Shown: positions 33,601 through 51,231, counted from the stretch's first letter. The stretch is 64,000 bases of DNA from Anaeramoeba ignava BMAN (GCA_028826165.1 JAPDFW010000072.1:336430-400429), one strand, 5' to 3'. The notes: generated from the sequence alone by a model not told the origin. Made by a program: numbers and translations.

Positions 33601-35740
33601 CAAGTATCTTGTCGAAAAAGGAGCTCATATCAATGCAAAAACCAAAAGTAAAGAGTCTCCTTTGCATATTGCTTGTGAAAACAGCACGATTGATTCAATA
33701 AAATATCTAGTTGAAAATGGAGCTGAAATTAATGCAAAAACAGATACTAATGAAACACCTTTGCATTATGCCTCCAGAGATAATGTATTAGAAGTTGTCA
33801 AATATCTTATTGAGAAGGGAGCTGATATCAATGCAAAATCTGAAACTGAAGAATCTGCGTTGCATTTAGCATGCAATAAAAATTCGTTCGATATCGCACA
33901 ATATTTTATCAGTCAAGGAACAGATATCAATTCAAAAACAAGTGATAACGAAACACCTTTACATTATGCTTGCAAAAATGATTCTCTTGAATTTGTGAAG
34001 TTTTTTGTTGATAAAGGAGCTGATATCAATGCAAAAACAAGTGATAACGAAACACCTTTACATTATGCTTGCAAAGATCAAAACTTTCAAATTATCAAAT
34101 ATCTTATTGAAAAAGGAGCAGAAATCAACGAGAAAAGTTCATACCACGGCCAAACAGTACTTCATGTTTCTGCTAAATTTAATTCACTTCAGTCAATCAA
34201 ATATTTAATTGAAAACGGTGCTGATATCAATGCAGAAACCGATAGAAACGAAACAGCTTTGCATTTTGCAACAAAATTCAACTCGTTAAATGTAGTCAAG
34301 TATCTTGTTAAAAAGGGACTTGATGTCAATCACAAATCAGAACATGATCAGGTTCCTCTTCATTTTGCTTCTGAATTCAACTCTTTGCAAGTGGTTAAGT
34401 ATCTTGTTGAAAAGGGAGCTGATATCAACGCAGAAACTGATGAAAAGGAAACTCCTCTTCATTTTGCTTGTGAATTCAACTCATTAAATGTGGTTATGTA
34501 TCTTGTTGAAAAAGGAGCAGATATCAACGCAAAAACAATCAATGGAGGAACACCCTTATCTTTTTGTTGTGAATTTGACTCGCTCAGAAAACTCAAATTT
34601 ATCATGGATCAAGGAGCTGATTTCACAGTTAAAAAAGATGATGACCAAACTCTTTTGCATATTGCTTGTGAATCAAGTTCATTGAAAGTCGTCAGATATC
34701 TTGTTGAGAAAGGAATTGATGTTAATGCAAAAACAACCGAAAAGGAAACAGCTCTTTCCATTTCAATTCATAAGAAAAACTTGAATGTCGCAAAGTTTTT
34801 GATGTTGAACGATGCAAACTTTTTTGATTTGAAACAAAAATATATCAAGGAAGATTATGTCAAAGCATTCTTCAAAATTTATTCCATTAACACAGATTTG
34901 AATAAGTTTGTAAACTCAAGAGAATTTTCAGATTTGAAAATCAACAAGGATCGTTCTTCAAAATTCCAAATTCATCTTCATAAACCAATTTTATTAGCAA
35001 GATTCAATAACGACCAATCAATCATTCAAAAATTCCTTGATATTTGTCAAGAAAAACCATTTGAAATTGCTCAATTTGCAGTCAATTTTATTTATACAGG
35101 ATTTCCCAATTTTAATAAATCAAATGAATTTGAAGAAATCATTTCACTTCATAAAAAACAAAAAGAACAAAAAAAGAAAACAAAGAAAAAATCTGATTCT
35201 GATTCTGATTCTGATTCTGATTCTGATTCTGATTCTAATTCTAATTTTGATTTTGATTTTTTTTCTGATAAAAAATTTACAGAATATTCTAAAAACAAAA
35301 TTCTTTTCGATGAAATTGATAAAGAAGAGGAAATGAATAAATTATTTGAAGAAATTGGATTAGATTCAAATTGGATTGAATCAAAAAAAGGAAGAAAAGG
35401 AATATTGAAAGATTTCCATGAATTATATCAACAAGAATCATCAAAAGATTTCACAATAATTTGTTCAAACGAAAAGGAAATCAAAGTTCACCAATTTATT
35501 TTAATGTTGAGAAGTGATTTGTTTAGAGGAATGTTTCTAAATGTTCAAGACTCTTCTAATAAAGTTCATGATTATTCAGGAAAATCATTTGAAACAATTC
35601 AACAATTAATTTATTTCTTTTATCATGATGAATTTGATAAATCATTAATGAATCAAAAAATTATTGATGAACTTTCAGATGCAAAAGATTATTTCCAATT
35701 AAATCAAAATTCAATTATTGATTTAATTTTATTCGATTAA
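30674..35740 (+). CDS. Ankyrin-repeat protein (roughly 40 repeats) with C-terminal tandem BTB/POZ module
   Basis: 33-aa TPLHxAC...VKYLVEKGADINAK repeats; FSDLKI..LHKPILLAR and KDFTII..KVHQFILMLRSDLFRGMF. Confidence 0.93.
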   Translation: MDLWKIIEKKDIESLKKISSIELKQMENESNTLLNFAFEKKLPFEMIQILLSKGVDPNLQDNLQRTSLHSAILNHSGMEIIDLLVQNGVEINSVDNKSRTAIIYSIIYSKEPENKEILEYLIGKGADIHTKTKSKKSLLHFACKHSSLEVIKYLIDKGVDAHSKADYNKTILHYACKSNSFDVIKYLVEKGVDIQSKTTDERNALYFACKKNTLEVIKYLIDKGIDINEVSTQYKNILYSACRRNNLEVIKFLIEKGVDIHSQSNMNKSILHIACKRNKLEVIKYLVEVGVNIHGKTKENESTLHFACQKNTLDVIKYLIDNGIDIHEKTKDDENILHYACQKNTLDVIKYLVDNGIDIHEKTRDDEDVLYFASRKNNLDVIKYLIEKGAILHQKTRKNENVLHSACKKNSLEVIKFLIEKGADIHSKTKYEEIPLYFACAENNLEVIKYLIEIGSDINEKTDDHESLLHSACKDNNFDVIKYLIEKGLDVNLKSKYKETPFHYASKDRPLAVIKYIVEKGGNMNIKSRFHETPFHLACRDNSFDVIKYLVENGADIHSSSDTNESALHLACRKNSLEMVKYLVEKGVDIHQKTDDNEDALFYAAEENSLDMIKYLVEKGLDINAKNTDDESVLHRACSDNSLEVVRYFVEKGADIYSKNKDDETPLHEACRKNTFDVIKYLVEQGIDVNSKNNEDESVLHFACEYSSLPAIKYLIEKGADIHFKSQKNQTCLHYACQRSTFNVVAYLVEKGLDINAKTDEDETPLYLACKRNTFQVVKYLVEKGAHVHSKNKEDETPLHSACSSNSMEVIKYLVEKGADIHAKNDDDETPLHFACENNSFESVKYLIEKGAIIDVKTKKNETPLHLACEYNSLQIIQYLVENGAYIDIENEDKQTPFHYACEENSLESIKYLVENEVDIKAITKEKETALHFACKSNSFDIIKYLVEIGLNVNAKNKDKETPLYFACKKNSLDSIKYLVEKGAHINAKTKSKESPLHIACENSTIDSIKYLVENGAEINAKTDTNETPLHYASRDNVLEVVKYLIEKGADINAKSETEESALHLACNKNSFDIAQYFISQGTDINSKTSDNETPLHYACKNDSLEFVKFFVDKGADINAKTSDNETPLHYACKDQNFQIIKYLIEKGAEINEKSSYHGQTVLHVSAKFNSLQSIKYLIENGADINAETDRNETALHFATKFNSLNVVKYLVKKGLDVNHKSEHDQVPLHFASEFNSLQVVKYLVEKGADINAETDEKETPLHFACEFNSLNVVMYLVEKGADINAKTINGGTPLSFCCEFDSLRKLKFIMDQGADFTVKKDDDQTLLHIACESSSLKVVRYLVEKGIDVNAKTTEKETALSISIHKKNLNVAKFLMLNDANFFDLKQKYIKEDYVKAFFKIYSINTDLNKFVNSREFSDLKINKDRSSKFQIHLHKPILLARFNNDQSIIQKFLDICQEKPFEIAQFAVNFIYTGFPNFNKSNEFEEIISLHKKQKEQKKKTKKKSDSDSDSDSDSDSDSNSNFDFDFFSDKKFTEYSKNKILFDEIDKEEEMNKLFEEIGLDSNWIESKKGRKGILKDFHELYQQESSKDFTIICSNEKEIKVHQFILMLRSDLFRGMFLNVQDSSNKVHDYSGKSFETIQQLIYFFYHDEFDKSLMNQKIIDELSDAKDYFQLNQNSIIDLILFD

Positions 35741-35854
35741 CCAAAAAAAAATTCAATTCAAATTTTTTAATTTTCTCTTTTTTCTTTCTTTTTTTTTATT
35801 CAGGAACAACAAAATTTCAAAAACAAAACTTAAATTCATAAATTATTTTTTTTT

Positions 35855-38800
35855 TTAATTTGTAAAATGTCCAATTTTTAAAATTCCATTTTCTAATCCA
35901 AGAAGAAAAAAACCTTTTTCAATAATTGAAATGGAATAAATTTTTTCTTTTAAATTAATTTTTTTTGAATTTAAATTATTTAATTTTCTAATTTCAAGAA
36001 TTTCAAGAATTCCTTTTTCTCCTCCTAAAAATAGAAAATTTAAATCTTCTGTAATTGCGATTGAATAAATATTTTGTGAGCATTTAATTTCTTTTATCAA
36101 ATATCCATTAATTGAAAATAATCTCAAAATATTTGAATTTTGTGAAAATGTAATAATATTTGCCTCTTTTGTTATTTGAATAATTGAAATTGGTTGATTA
36201 TCTGATAAAATTATTGATTGAATTGGCTTTTTTTTGATTAATGAATGGAATATTAATTTCCCATCAACAGATCCACTTAAAACAACATCATATTCAATTG
36301 ATATTGCAACACTTTTCACTTCATTTTCATGTTCAAAAAAACTATGGTTTGAATTATCTTTCACTTTTCCTTCTTTCAAATCAAGTTCCCAAACAATGAC
36401 TCTTGTATCTTTTGATCCTGTAACAAGATATTTCCAATCGATTGCTAAACAATTCACAACATCTTGATGCTTTGAAATACTCTGAATCATTTTGAAATTT
36501 TCTATTTTAAAAATCTTGAAACTATCATCACAAAATCCACAACAAATTAAATAATTGGAATCCTTACTAATTGCAAATGCTTGTTGAAAATTATTGAAAT
36601 CTTTTGAAAATGGAACTCCAATTTTTTCATATTTTTCTTGTTTAATTTTTTGGTCCATTGTAAAATTAATTTGAATAGTATTTGGATTTGCATTCGTATT
36701 TGCATTTACATTTTGGAAAGATATTTTATGGTTTCCAATAATTCTTTCTTTATCAATTGTGATAAACTGATACAATGATAATGCATTTGAATTTTTTTGG
36801 AGATGTGTAAATATAATTGGGGTTGAATATATTAAGAAGTCATCAGTTGTTAAATTTTTTGATAAGAAATTATTTATCGTAGATTCCCGCAAATTCCTCG
36901 ATCTTTTTGGATGTTTTTGTTTAAATAACTGAACTGGAACTTGTCCTTTTGCTTTGATCTCCATCTCGATTTCTTTTTTATGTTCCCCTCCTAATTCCGA
37001 GATATCAACATTTTCTTCATATGAATTTGGATGAAATAAATTTTCGGATTTTTTGGCTTGTTCTCCCTTTTGTTTATATCCAAATATCAAATCGATCCAT
37101 TCATCAAGATGTTCTGAAACATAGTCTGATTCAAGTGCTTCTTTATGTTTTCGAATAAATTCTTCGGGTGTTTTAGCCCATGCTGGAAGTAGAACATCTT
37201 TTTTTTGCTCAATATTTCGATTTACATTTTTGAAATTTTTTGTTTCCCTTAGGAAATCTGGTAAATGGAAGAATTCTGGAATAAGTTCTCCAAAATCTGT
37301 ACTTGATTCTTTGATTTTTTGCCATTTTTCTTGAATTGAATTGAAAATGGGGAAATTTCTTGTTTTGGGACAAATTGAAGTAAATGGTTCTAATCTAATC
37401 AAATACGAAGAAACAACTTCTGGATTTGAATAAAGATTCTGATAATGGAATTGAAATATTTTTGGTTTTGCTTTTCCTTTATGTTTTTCTTTATGTGTTG
37501 TGGTTTCATTCTTGAAAGTTCCAATAGGTTTAGATAAATCTCTAAACTTTCCTCCTTTCTCAGGATCCACTTCATAATCCGAAATGATCCATGGAAAAAT
37601 GGGATATTGTGAAATATCATTATATGTTCTTCCTGATAATGTATTTAAATACATAAGATATTCAAAATTTGATATTGTTCTTTCTTGCCATTTTTTGGTC
37701 ATCTGTGTCTTTGCAATCCATTTGGTTGGATCATTTCCTGAATAATTATATTTTGATTTATCGATATTTGCTAATTTATGATTTAGAATTTTTTCATAAA
37801 TTTCATTCCTAATTTCCATGGTTTTAAAATTGAAAAATACACATTTTCTATTGTGTCTAAAAAATATTTCTAATGCTGAATGTCTAAAATTATATCTTCT
37901 TTTATGAATTGATTGAACATGTTCAATTTTCCATAAATGATTCTTTTCATTTTCATTTTCATTTTCATTTTCATTTTCTAAATTAAAACTGATTGATTTT
38001 TCTTTAATTCTAAATTTTCCTTTTCTTGTTTTGGTTTTTGTTTTGGAAATCATTTCGCACTTTGTTGAAAATGAATAATTATTCTTCCTAATTTCCAATT
38101 TTTTATTTTCAATTTCTGATGATTTTTGTGAAACTTCATTTATTTTTGCTATAATTTTTTGTTTTAACTTGATCAAATTCACTCTTTTTTCTTCATTTTC
38201 ATTTTCATTTTCATTTTCATTTTCTTGTAAATAAATTTTTAATTTCTTTTGTCTTCTCATTTCATCTTCAATTCCTGAAAGCTTTAAATAGTAATTTTGT
38301 TGTTGTTTTTCAAGATTTCCATCTGAAATGGTTATTAAATTTGAATTCCATGGATATTTTCCTGAAATTGAATTTTGTATCATTTCTTTAAATTTTGGTA
38401 AATAAATTGAAGAATTTTTTTGATTAATTTTTGATTTGAATATTTTTTGTGTTTCTTTTTGAATAAGATTTTGAACTTCGTTTTCAATCTTAATTGAATT
38501 TAACTCATTTTCTTTTTCTTTCTTCTCAAATAATTTTTCCAAATAAAAGTAGTTATTTGATTGAATGTTAATAAAATTGCTTCCGTTTTCTTGTATATCT
38601 ATTAAAATCTTTTGTTCTATTAAAGAGTAAATATTTTTGATTACATTTTGGAATTCTTCACTCATAACTTCTTTTTCGAAATCTTCAGTTAATTGACTTG
38701 AAAATATTCTTGAATTTTGATATTCTTGAGTAAATAGGGTTTGGTTTTTGTTTTGTTTTGAAAATAAACTTCGCAATAATTGATAATTTGTTTTCATTAT

Positions 38801-41800
38801 AAGCTCCAAATATATCAATATTTTTTTTCTTTTTTCGTTTTGATTTTGATTTTGATTTTGATTTTGGTTTTGGTTTTGATATTGAACATAAGAAAAGAAA
38901 AATATAAAACATATTGTAATTAATTCTTGTGGACTTGGAATTGAAGATTTTTTGGAATTTAATGGCTTCTCTATAATGTCTCTTAATTTTGAAAGAAGAG
39001 AATCTGTTAATTCAGAATTGGCAACTGGAAGTGTTGTAAAAATCAAAAAAATGATAATTTTATAAACTATTCTTTTTTGTTCTTTGTTTTTGATTTGAAT
39101 TCCTTTTTCTTGAAAGAATTCAAATTTTTGCAATAGAATAATTAAATTTTTCAAAATGTCTTCTTTTCCAGCTAAATTAGATTCAATTTCTAATCTATTT
39201 ATTAAGTTTCTTTCATTACTTAAACTTGGTTGCAAATTTTTTATTTTTAGAATTGTAGTAAAATATCTTGAAACTTGTGTTTGGAAAATTCGATTTGGTG
39301 TTTGATTTTCCATTTTTTTAAATTGGAATTCATTTTTTGAGAAATTAAAAATAATCCCATTTAGTACCTGAATTAAATAAAGCAGATTCTTGAAAAAAAT
39401 TTCTTTAGAAACCTTTGAATTTGATAATGATGTTGACATTATAAAATTTTTGTTTTTACTCTTCATTTCATATTGTGAATTTCTTGAAAGATCAAAAATA
39501 ATATCATTTATTATTCTCTGAATAATTTTGGGAATAGTCTCTTTAGATTTTGGGTAATGAATAAGATAAACTGATGAGAGAAATTCTTCAAATTTTAACG
39601 AGAAGTTATAAGATGGATTATGGAAACAATAAATGAATAACGTCTTAAAAAAATTGTAAATGCATTCAATTTGAATTTGGTTTTCATTTTGATTTTGATT
39701 TTGATTTTGATTTTGATTTTCATTGAACTGAATATTTAGTAAAGAAATCATCCATTTTTGCCACCCAAATTGCGAAAGAATTTTGTTTTTATTGAAATCA
39801 AATTCTACTGTTAAAACAAATAAATCTTGGAATTTTTGGGTATCAATTAAATTTGGTGAACGAACTAAAATTTCACAAATTATTTGCAAAATGAATGGAT
39901 TTTGAATAACCAAATGTTGGTAATTATCTTTTTTATCTTTACTAATAATCATTTCGAAAAGAATATCTATAATTTCTTTGGAAATTTGATTTATATTACT
40001 AATCAATATATTACCAATTAAATGGTAAAAATTCTGTAACTTATTAATATTAAATATTTTCTTTTGTAAATCATGAATAATTTCGAGACACAAATGAATT
40101 ATTTCTGTGTTTTTGTTTTGGTTCATTAATTGAATAAATAGTTTGAAGAATTTGAATGGAAATAGTTGTGCTAAGTCTTGTTTTGGATTTTTGATTATAA
40201 ATTCTTTAATAATCATAAGTGTTTTTCCAATAAAATATTGCGTTTTAAAAATAAAGCATACTGAAATAAAGTATTGAATATATTTTGACTTTAAATAATT
40301 TTGAATATGAATACTTTCAAAAATTGTTTGAATCATAGAAAAGAAAATTTGAGATAATTGATCAATTATAGTTTTAGTTTTCTTAAAATACTCAGAAGAT
40401 AATTTTGATTCTTCCAAATTGAATAATTTTTCATCGTAATAATTTAATATCATCAATAAATCAAAAAATTTAATTTTTGAGCTTGAATTTTGTTTTGTAG
40501 ATTCATTTCTGTTTTTTTCGTTACTTTCTTTAATTTGATTTTGAATTAATTTACTAATAATTCCAATAAATTTATTTTGAATCTGAAAATTGAAATTTTT
40601 CCAAATATCATAATCAAAAATTAAATTATTTGCCAGATGATGTTGAAATTGTTCATTATTAATTTGGTTTAATTTTTGGATAAATTTATAAAATTGAAAT
40701 GACAAATATTTTGAATTAATTGATTTGAGTATATTCCCGAATATTGAAAACCCTCTATTTTGAGCTATTTTTTCTTGGACATGTGAATCATTAAAAATAA
40801 GATTTTGAATTAGTGTTAATATATTTTCAAAAAGAATTTTATTTTGATTTTCATTTTGATTTTCATTATTTTCATTATTTTGATTATTTTCATTATTTTG
40901 ATTATTTTCATTATTTTGATTTTGATTTTCATTTTCATTTTCATTTTGATTTTGATTTTGATTTTGATTTTGATTTTCATTATTTTCATTATTTTGATTA
41001 TTTTCATTATTTTGATTTTGATTATGATTATGATTTTCATTTTCATTTTGATTTTCATTTTGATTTTCATTATTTTGATTTTCATTTTCATTTTGATTTT
41101 CATTTTGATTTTCTTCAAATAGTTCATCAATTTCAAGAATTAGATGAAAAAATGTTTTAATTCCTCCTAAATAATGAATAATATCTTGGAAATTAGTTGT
41201 TGTAAATGAAAATATTCCTTTTGTTTTTGAATTTTCTTTAATAATATTTGAAGAAGTTTGATTTAAACATATATTTTCTTTCATTTCTTTTGGATTATGA
41301 TAAATCATTATTTTTTGAGATAATTCCCCATGAGAAATTTCTTTTAATTCTTTTTCAATTTTTGAATTCAAAATTTGAAAATTTTCATTTTCATCAAAAA
41401 ATGATTTATAATTTGGCCCAAGTGAATAAATTTTTTGGATTTGATTTTTATTCAGAATTTCTTGAAAAAAGTAAATTGTTCCCATTTGTCCAATAAATGG
41501 TTTCTCTATTATATTTTGATTTTGATTTTGATTTTGATTTGATAATGATAAATAATTTGAACCAATTTCATTTTGGATAAAATTTTGTTCTTCATTTATA
41601 ATTTCTTTTAATTTTAATTTTTTTGTTTTTTGTATTTCATTAAGACATATTGATATTTCTATTTGTGAATTTGAACTGTTATATTCTTGTGTGAAAACAA
41701 AAAAGTACCATTTTTTAGTTTGAATTTCAAATGGAAAATTTATTTCAATTATTGAATTTTCTTGATTTGAATCAATTTGATAAATAAATGATTTTTGTTG

Positions 41801-44800
41801 TTTGTTTTCTTTTTTAAATTCCAAAAATAATCGAAATCCTTTTGAATTTTTTTTTAAAAAACTAAATATTTTTGTTCTATAATTTTGATTTTGATTTTGA
41901 TTTTGATTTTCATTTTCATTTTCAATTTGATTTTCATTTTCATTTTCAATTTGATTTTCATTTTCATTTTCAATTTGATTTTCATTTTCATTTTCATTTT
42001 CAATTTGATTTTCATTTTCATTTTCAATTTGATTTTGATTTTGATTTTCATTTTCATTTTCATTTTGATTTTGATTTTGATTTTGAATTTGATTTTCATT
42101 TTCATTTTCATTTTCATTTTCTAATTGATTTTGATTTTGATTTTCATTTTCATTTTCATTTTCATTTTCATTTTGATTTTCATTTTGATTTTGATTTTGA
42201 TTTTGATTTGGATTTTGATTTTGATTTTGATTTTGATTTTCATTTTCATTTTGATTTTCATTTTCATTTTGATTTTGATTTTGATTTTGATTTTCAATTT
42301 GATTTTCATTTTGATTTTCATTTTCATTTTCATTTTGATTTTCATTTTGATTTTCTAATTGATTTTGATTTTGATTTTCATTTTCATTTTCTAATTGATT
42401 TTGATTTTGATTTTCATTTTCATTTTGATTTTTATTTTCTAATTGATTTTCAATTTGATTTTCAATTTGATTTTCAATTTGATTTTCATTTTCATTTTCT
42501 AATTGATTTTGATTTTGATTTTGATTTTGATTTTCAATTTGATTTTCATTTTCAATTTTATTTTCATTTTGATTTTCATTTTGATTTTCATTTTGATTTT
42601 CATTTTCATTTTCAATTTGATTTTCAATTTGATTTTCAATTTGATTTTCATTTTCATTTTCATTTTCATTTTGATTTTCATTTTGATTTTCATTTTCATT
42701 TTGATTTTCATTTTGATTTTCATTTTCAATTTTATTTTCATTTTCATTTTCATTTTGATTTTCATTTTCATTTTGATTTTTATTTTTATTTTGATTTTCA
42801 TTTTGATTTTCATTTTCAATTTTATTTTCAATTTGATTTTCAATTTGATTTTCAATTTGATTTTCATTTTCATTTTCTAATTGATTTTGATTTTGATTTT
42901 CATTTTCATTTTGATTTTGATTTTGATTTTCATTTTCAAATTGATTTTCAAGATCTTCAATTCTTATCCAAGTAAGAAAACTGAAATTTTTGGAAACTAA
43001 TTCATTTTTAAAAATTGGAAGTTGAATATTTGAATTTATATCATAAAAATCAAAGAAATTTATAGGATTTTCATGATTTTGATGATTTATCATTTTTTGT
43101 AATTCAACTATCATTAATTTTGCAAAAGAATATCTTTTGTTTCTTTTTTTTAAATTGTCTTTCAAAATTGAGAAATATTGTTTCATTTCAGAAACAAGAA
43201 TTTTATATGGTCCAAGTTTTCCAATGAATTGAATAGTTTGATTGAATAATTCTAAATTTTGAATTTTGGGGATTAATTTAAGTAAAAAAGCAACAACTCC
43301 TTTTTCACAACAACAATAAATATTATGAATTGAATCTTCACAAATGTGATTAAATTTTTCTAATACCTCAATAAAAGAAAATTCATTAATTTCAATTTCA
43401 ATTTCATTTTGATTTTGATTTTCTCTTAAATTTTTGGAATAAAGCTGTAAAATTAAATTTATCATATCTGGATTTGTGATAACCAATTCATTTTCTTTTG
43501 AAAACTTCCTGTGATTGATCATCAAATCAAAAAAAATGTAAAATAATTTTTTTGTTGGTTTTCGTTTCTCTTTTTCATAAAGTATATTAATAAATTCTGA
43601 TTCTGAAATGATTTTATGGAATTTAGAAGTGATTGTTTGATTATTTCTCATAAATTCTTTCCAAATTGTTAAAATCAAATAAATAGATTGTTGGCTTTTT
43701 TCTTTTAATAAATTTTTGATTTTGGTTAATAAATCAGAATATAAAATTATTTCTTGAATAACTTCTTGATTTTTTGAAATTGATTCTGAACATTTTAAAA
43801 TGAGTTTTTCAACATTCTTAAATTCACAGTTATCTACTTCTGTACATAAAAAAAGTAATACTTCAAATAAATCAGAAATGAATTGCTTTCCATTTTGCAC
43901 ATTTTCACTTTTTGTTTTTTCAATTATTTGTGGGATATGAATTAAAGGAATTTTTTGAGTAGTTTCATTGTGAAATAATTTAATGAAAGAATTATAAATG
44001 TGTTGATTTCGTAAAATAATTTCAATATCTGAATTTTGAAGTGCTGAATCCAAAATTTCTAAGCATAAATTAGTTGTTTTATTTTCTTTTTCTTTTTCTT
44101 TAATTGATTGAAATAAAATTTCTTGGAAATTAGTAAATATTTTAGCTCCAATAATTTGATTTGATAGAATTTGATGTTTAGTTTTGATAATTTCAATTAT
44201 CATTTGGAAAAATTGATGTAATAAGAATAAATTTAATTTTATGCTTTCATTTTGGAAAATTTGATTAAATAGGAATTGGTAATCGAAATATTCTGGATAT
44301 TTTATAATAGATTTAGATATAAAATCAATTAATAATGTCTGCAAATTTATAACCATTTCATTTAGATTAATATTTTTATTTGTTTCAAACTAATTGAAAA
44401 ATAAATATAAAAGATGAAATGAATAATTTAATTTTTGTTTTAGTTTTTGTTGAGAAAAAAAAAGAATGATTTACATGTAAATTAATGTGATTTTCTTTGA
44501 TAAAATAATCAGAAAAAAAAACTTTCCAACCATCATTACTTTGAAAAAAATTAAATAATTCTTTATCATTATTACCTTCAATCATCATTTTCTTGAATTC
44601 AAATAAAATATAAATTTGGAGTTCTGGATAAATATTTTTGATATATTCTTGGAATTGAGTTTTTTGTTTTGGGAATTTGTGAATTGAAGATGAATTTTCT
44701 ATATTTTGATCTGAATCTTTTTCTTCTAAATTTTTGAACAAATTGAGATGAACTAAAATTAATCTTTCTTCGAAATTATTAACTTTTATTTTTGTTTCAT

Positions 44801-46684
44801 TTGCAAATTTATCTAATTCTTTTCTGATATTTTCATTTGATTCTTCATTTGGTTCATTTGATTGTTGAATATTTTGAAAATCTCTGAGATTATCAAAAAG
44901 TCTATCTAAATATGGATTAAATAATTTGATTTCGGAAACTTTTTTTGGGTTAATATCTTCCATTTTAATTTCTTTCATTTCTTTCATTTCTTTCATTTCT
45001 TCGATTTCTTTGAACAATTCTTTGACTTTTTTTGGTAATTTTGGTTTGATAGAATAAGAAACCCAAAGAATAAAATCAGTAAGATCACAAATATTCTTAT
45101 TGTTTGCAATTTGTTGAATTATATTTTCTTTTTCAATAATTTTACAAAGGAATTGAAAAGCATTTAAACGAAAATCACATTCAAGATAAATTAAATTTGC
45201 TTTTAAAGTTTTGAGATTTTTTAAAATGAAAGGATTTTCTTCTTTCTTGATTTTTGGATCAAATATAAAGAAATTTGTTTGGAAAAAATCTTCAGTTTCA
45301 TTTTCAATTTCCTTTTCAATTTCCTTTTCATTTTCAATTTCCTTAATTTCCAGACCAATATTTGGAAGAGATGATGATAAATTTGGATATTTAAAGAATT
45401 GTAGAAGAGACAAGATTAATTCAGTTTTTTGTTTTTCTGTTAATAAATTTAATTCATAGAAATTTTCAATGTTTTGTAAAATTTTGAGACAAATTTCAAA
45501 TTGTTGTGTTGTGAAAACGAATGATTTTCTGAGGGTTAAATTAATTTCCAAATATTCTGTTTTTGATTATTTTGTTTGTTGAAAAGGAGAAAATTAATGA
45601 ATAAATTGTGATTAAATATAAATGAATAATTTACCGATTAGCAATGAAATTATTTTGAATTTTTGGAGTGATTTTAAAATTTCTTGATTTGGGGTAAAAT
45701 TTCTTTTTTTAAAAAAATGGATTAAAATTTGCATTGTTTCTAAAATAACAAATTGAGCTTCAATTAAATAATAAAATGAAAGTGAAGGATTTGATTTCTT
45801 TTTGTTTTTGTAAGGAAAAAAAAAATTTAAATTAAATTAATAAAGAAACAAAGAAATATTTAAATTTTGAAAATATAAAAAAAATCACTTTTAAATTTTC
45901 TGTTGAATTTAGAAGATTTTTTGTAATTCCCAATAATATTTGAAGAGCTTCAAAAATTCCATATTGATTTAAAACTTGTCGATTATATTTTGATTGGGAA
46001 AGAATTGAGATTATTGGTAAAGAAATGAAATATTTATATGCTTGAATTTTTTCATTTTCAAATGAATTTTCAAATGAATTTTCATTTTTAATCATTTCTA
46101 ATTTTAAATTAAATTTAAATTTAATTTTTTAAATTTTGATAATAATAATAATAATAATAATAACCTTGAATAATGGATGTTGGATAAATTAATGAATTAA
46201 TAATGAAAAGTGTAAATTTTATTGGATGAGCTTCTTTTCTTAAAATTGCTTCATCAATTTCTTTATCTGTAAAATAATTTTCTGATTGTATTTCATTTAA
46301 ATTTAAATTTGAATTTATTTGATTTTGAGATGGATTCCAACTTCTAAATGAATTTTGAAATAATAAACCAAACTTAATAATTTTTTTCATCTAAAAAGAA
46401 AAAAGGAAAAATTTTGATCTTTAAGTTTTGATTTTTCTTTGTTTTTTAAATAATAATTTACTCCAATTGGATTTGTTGATTTAATTCCTTTCCAAATTTT
46501 AAATATTTTATTTCCATTTTCAAAATGTAAAAAGAAATTTTCTTCATTTCTTTTTTCAATATCTTCTTGTTTTTTCTTTTTTTTTTTATTCAATAAAAAT
46601 TAAAAATTTAAATTTAAATTTATTTTTTTTGAATAATAATTTTATTACTTTTTGATTTTCTTCTGAATTTAAATTTGAATTCAT
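35855..46684 (-). CDS. BEACH-domain protein (neurobeachin/LRBA-like: ConA-like, helical region, PH, BEACH, WD40); several small 5' exons between 44390 and 46684
   Basis: RRYNFRHSALEIF, KWQERTISNFEYLMYLNTLSGRTYNDISQYPIFPWII, FRDLSKPIG, ELIPEFF, ALESDYVSEHLDEWIDLIFGYKQ, GQVPVQLF, WD40 TGSKDT; upstream short ORFs join in frame via GT-AG introns (5' end less certain). Confidence 0.88.
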
Positions 46685-46913
46685 TTTAAAAAATGAAAAA
46701 AAAAATGAAAAAAAAATGAAAAAAATGTTTTTGTTTTTTTTTTCAAAATAAATTTCAATTTGTTTTATTTATCAAAACAAAAAAAAAAAACAAAAACAAA
46801 AATAAAATTGTTTGTGAAGAAGAAAAAAAAATGGAAAAAAATGGAAAAAAAAAAAGTGGAAAAAGCAAAAAAAAAATTTGTTCTTCTTTTTTTTTTAAAA
46901 ATATAAAATCTTC

Positions 46914-51231
<4,318 letters not shown>

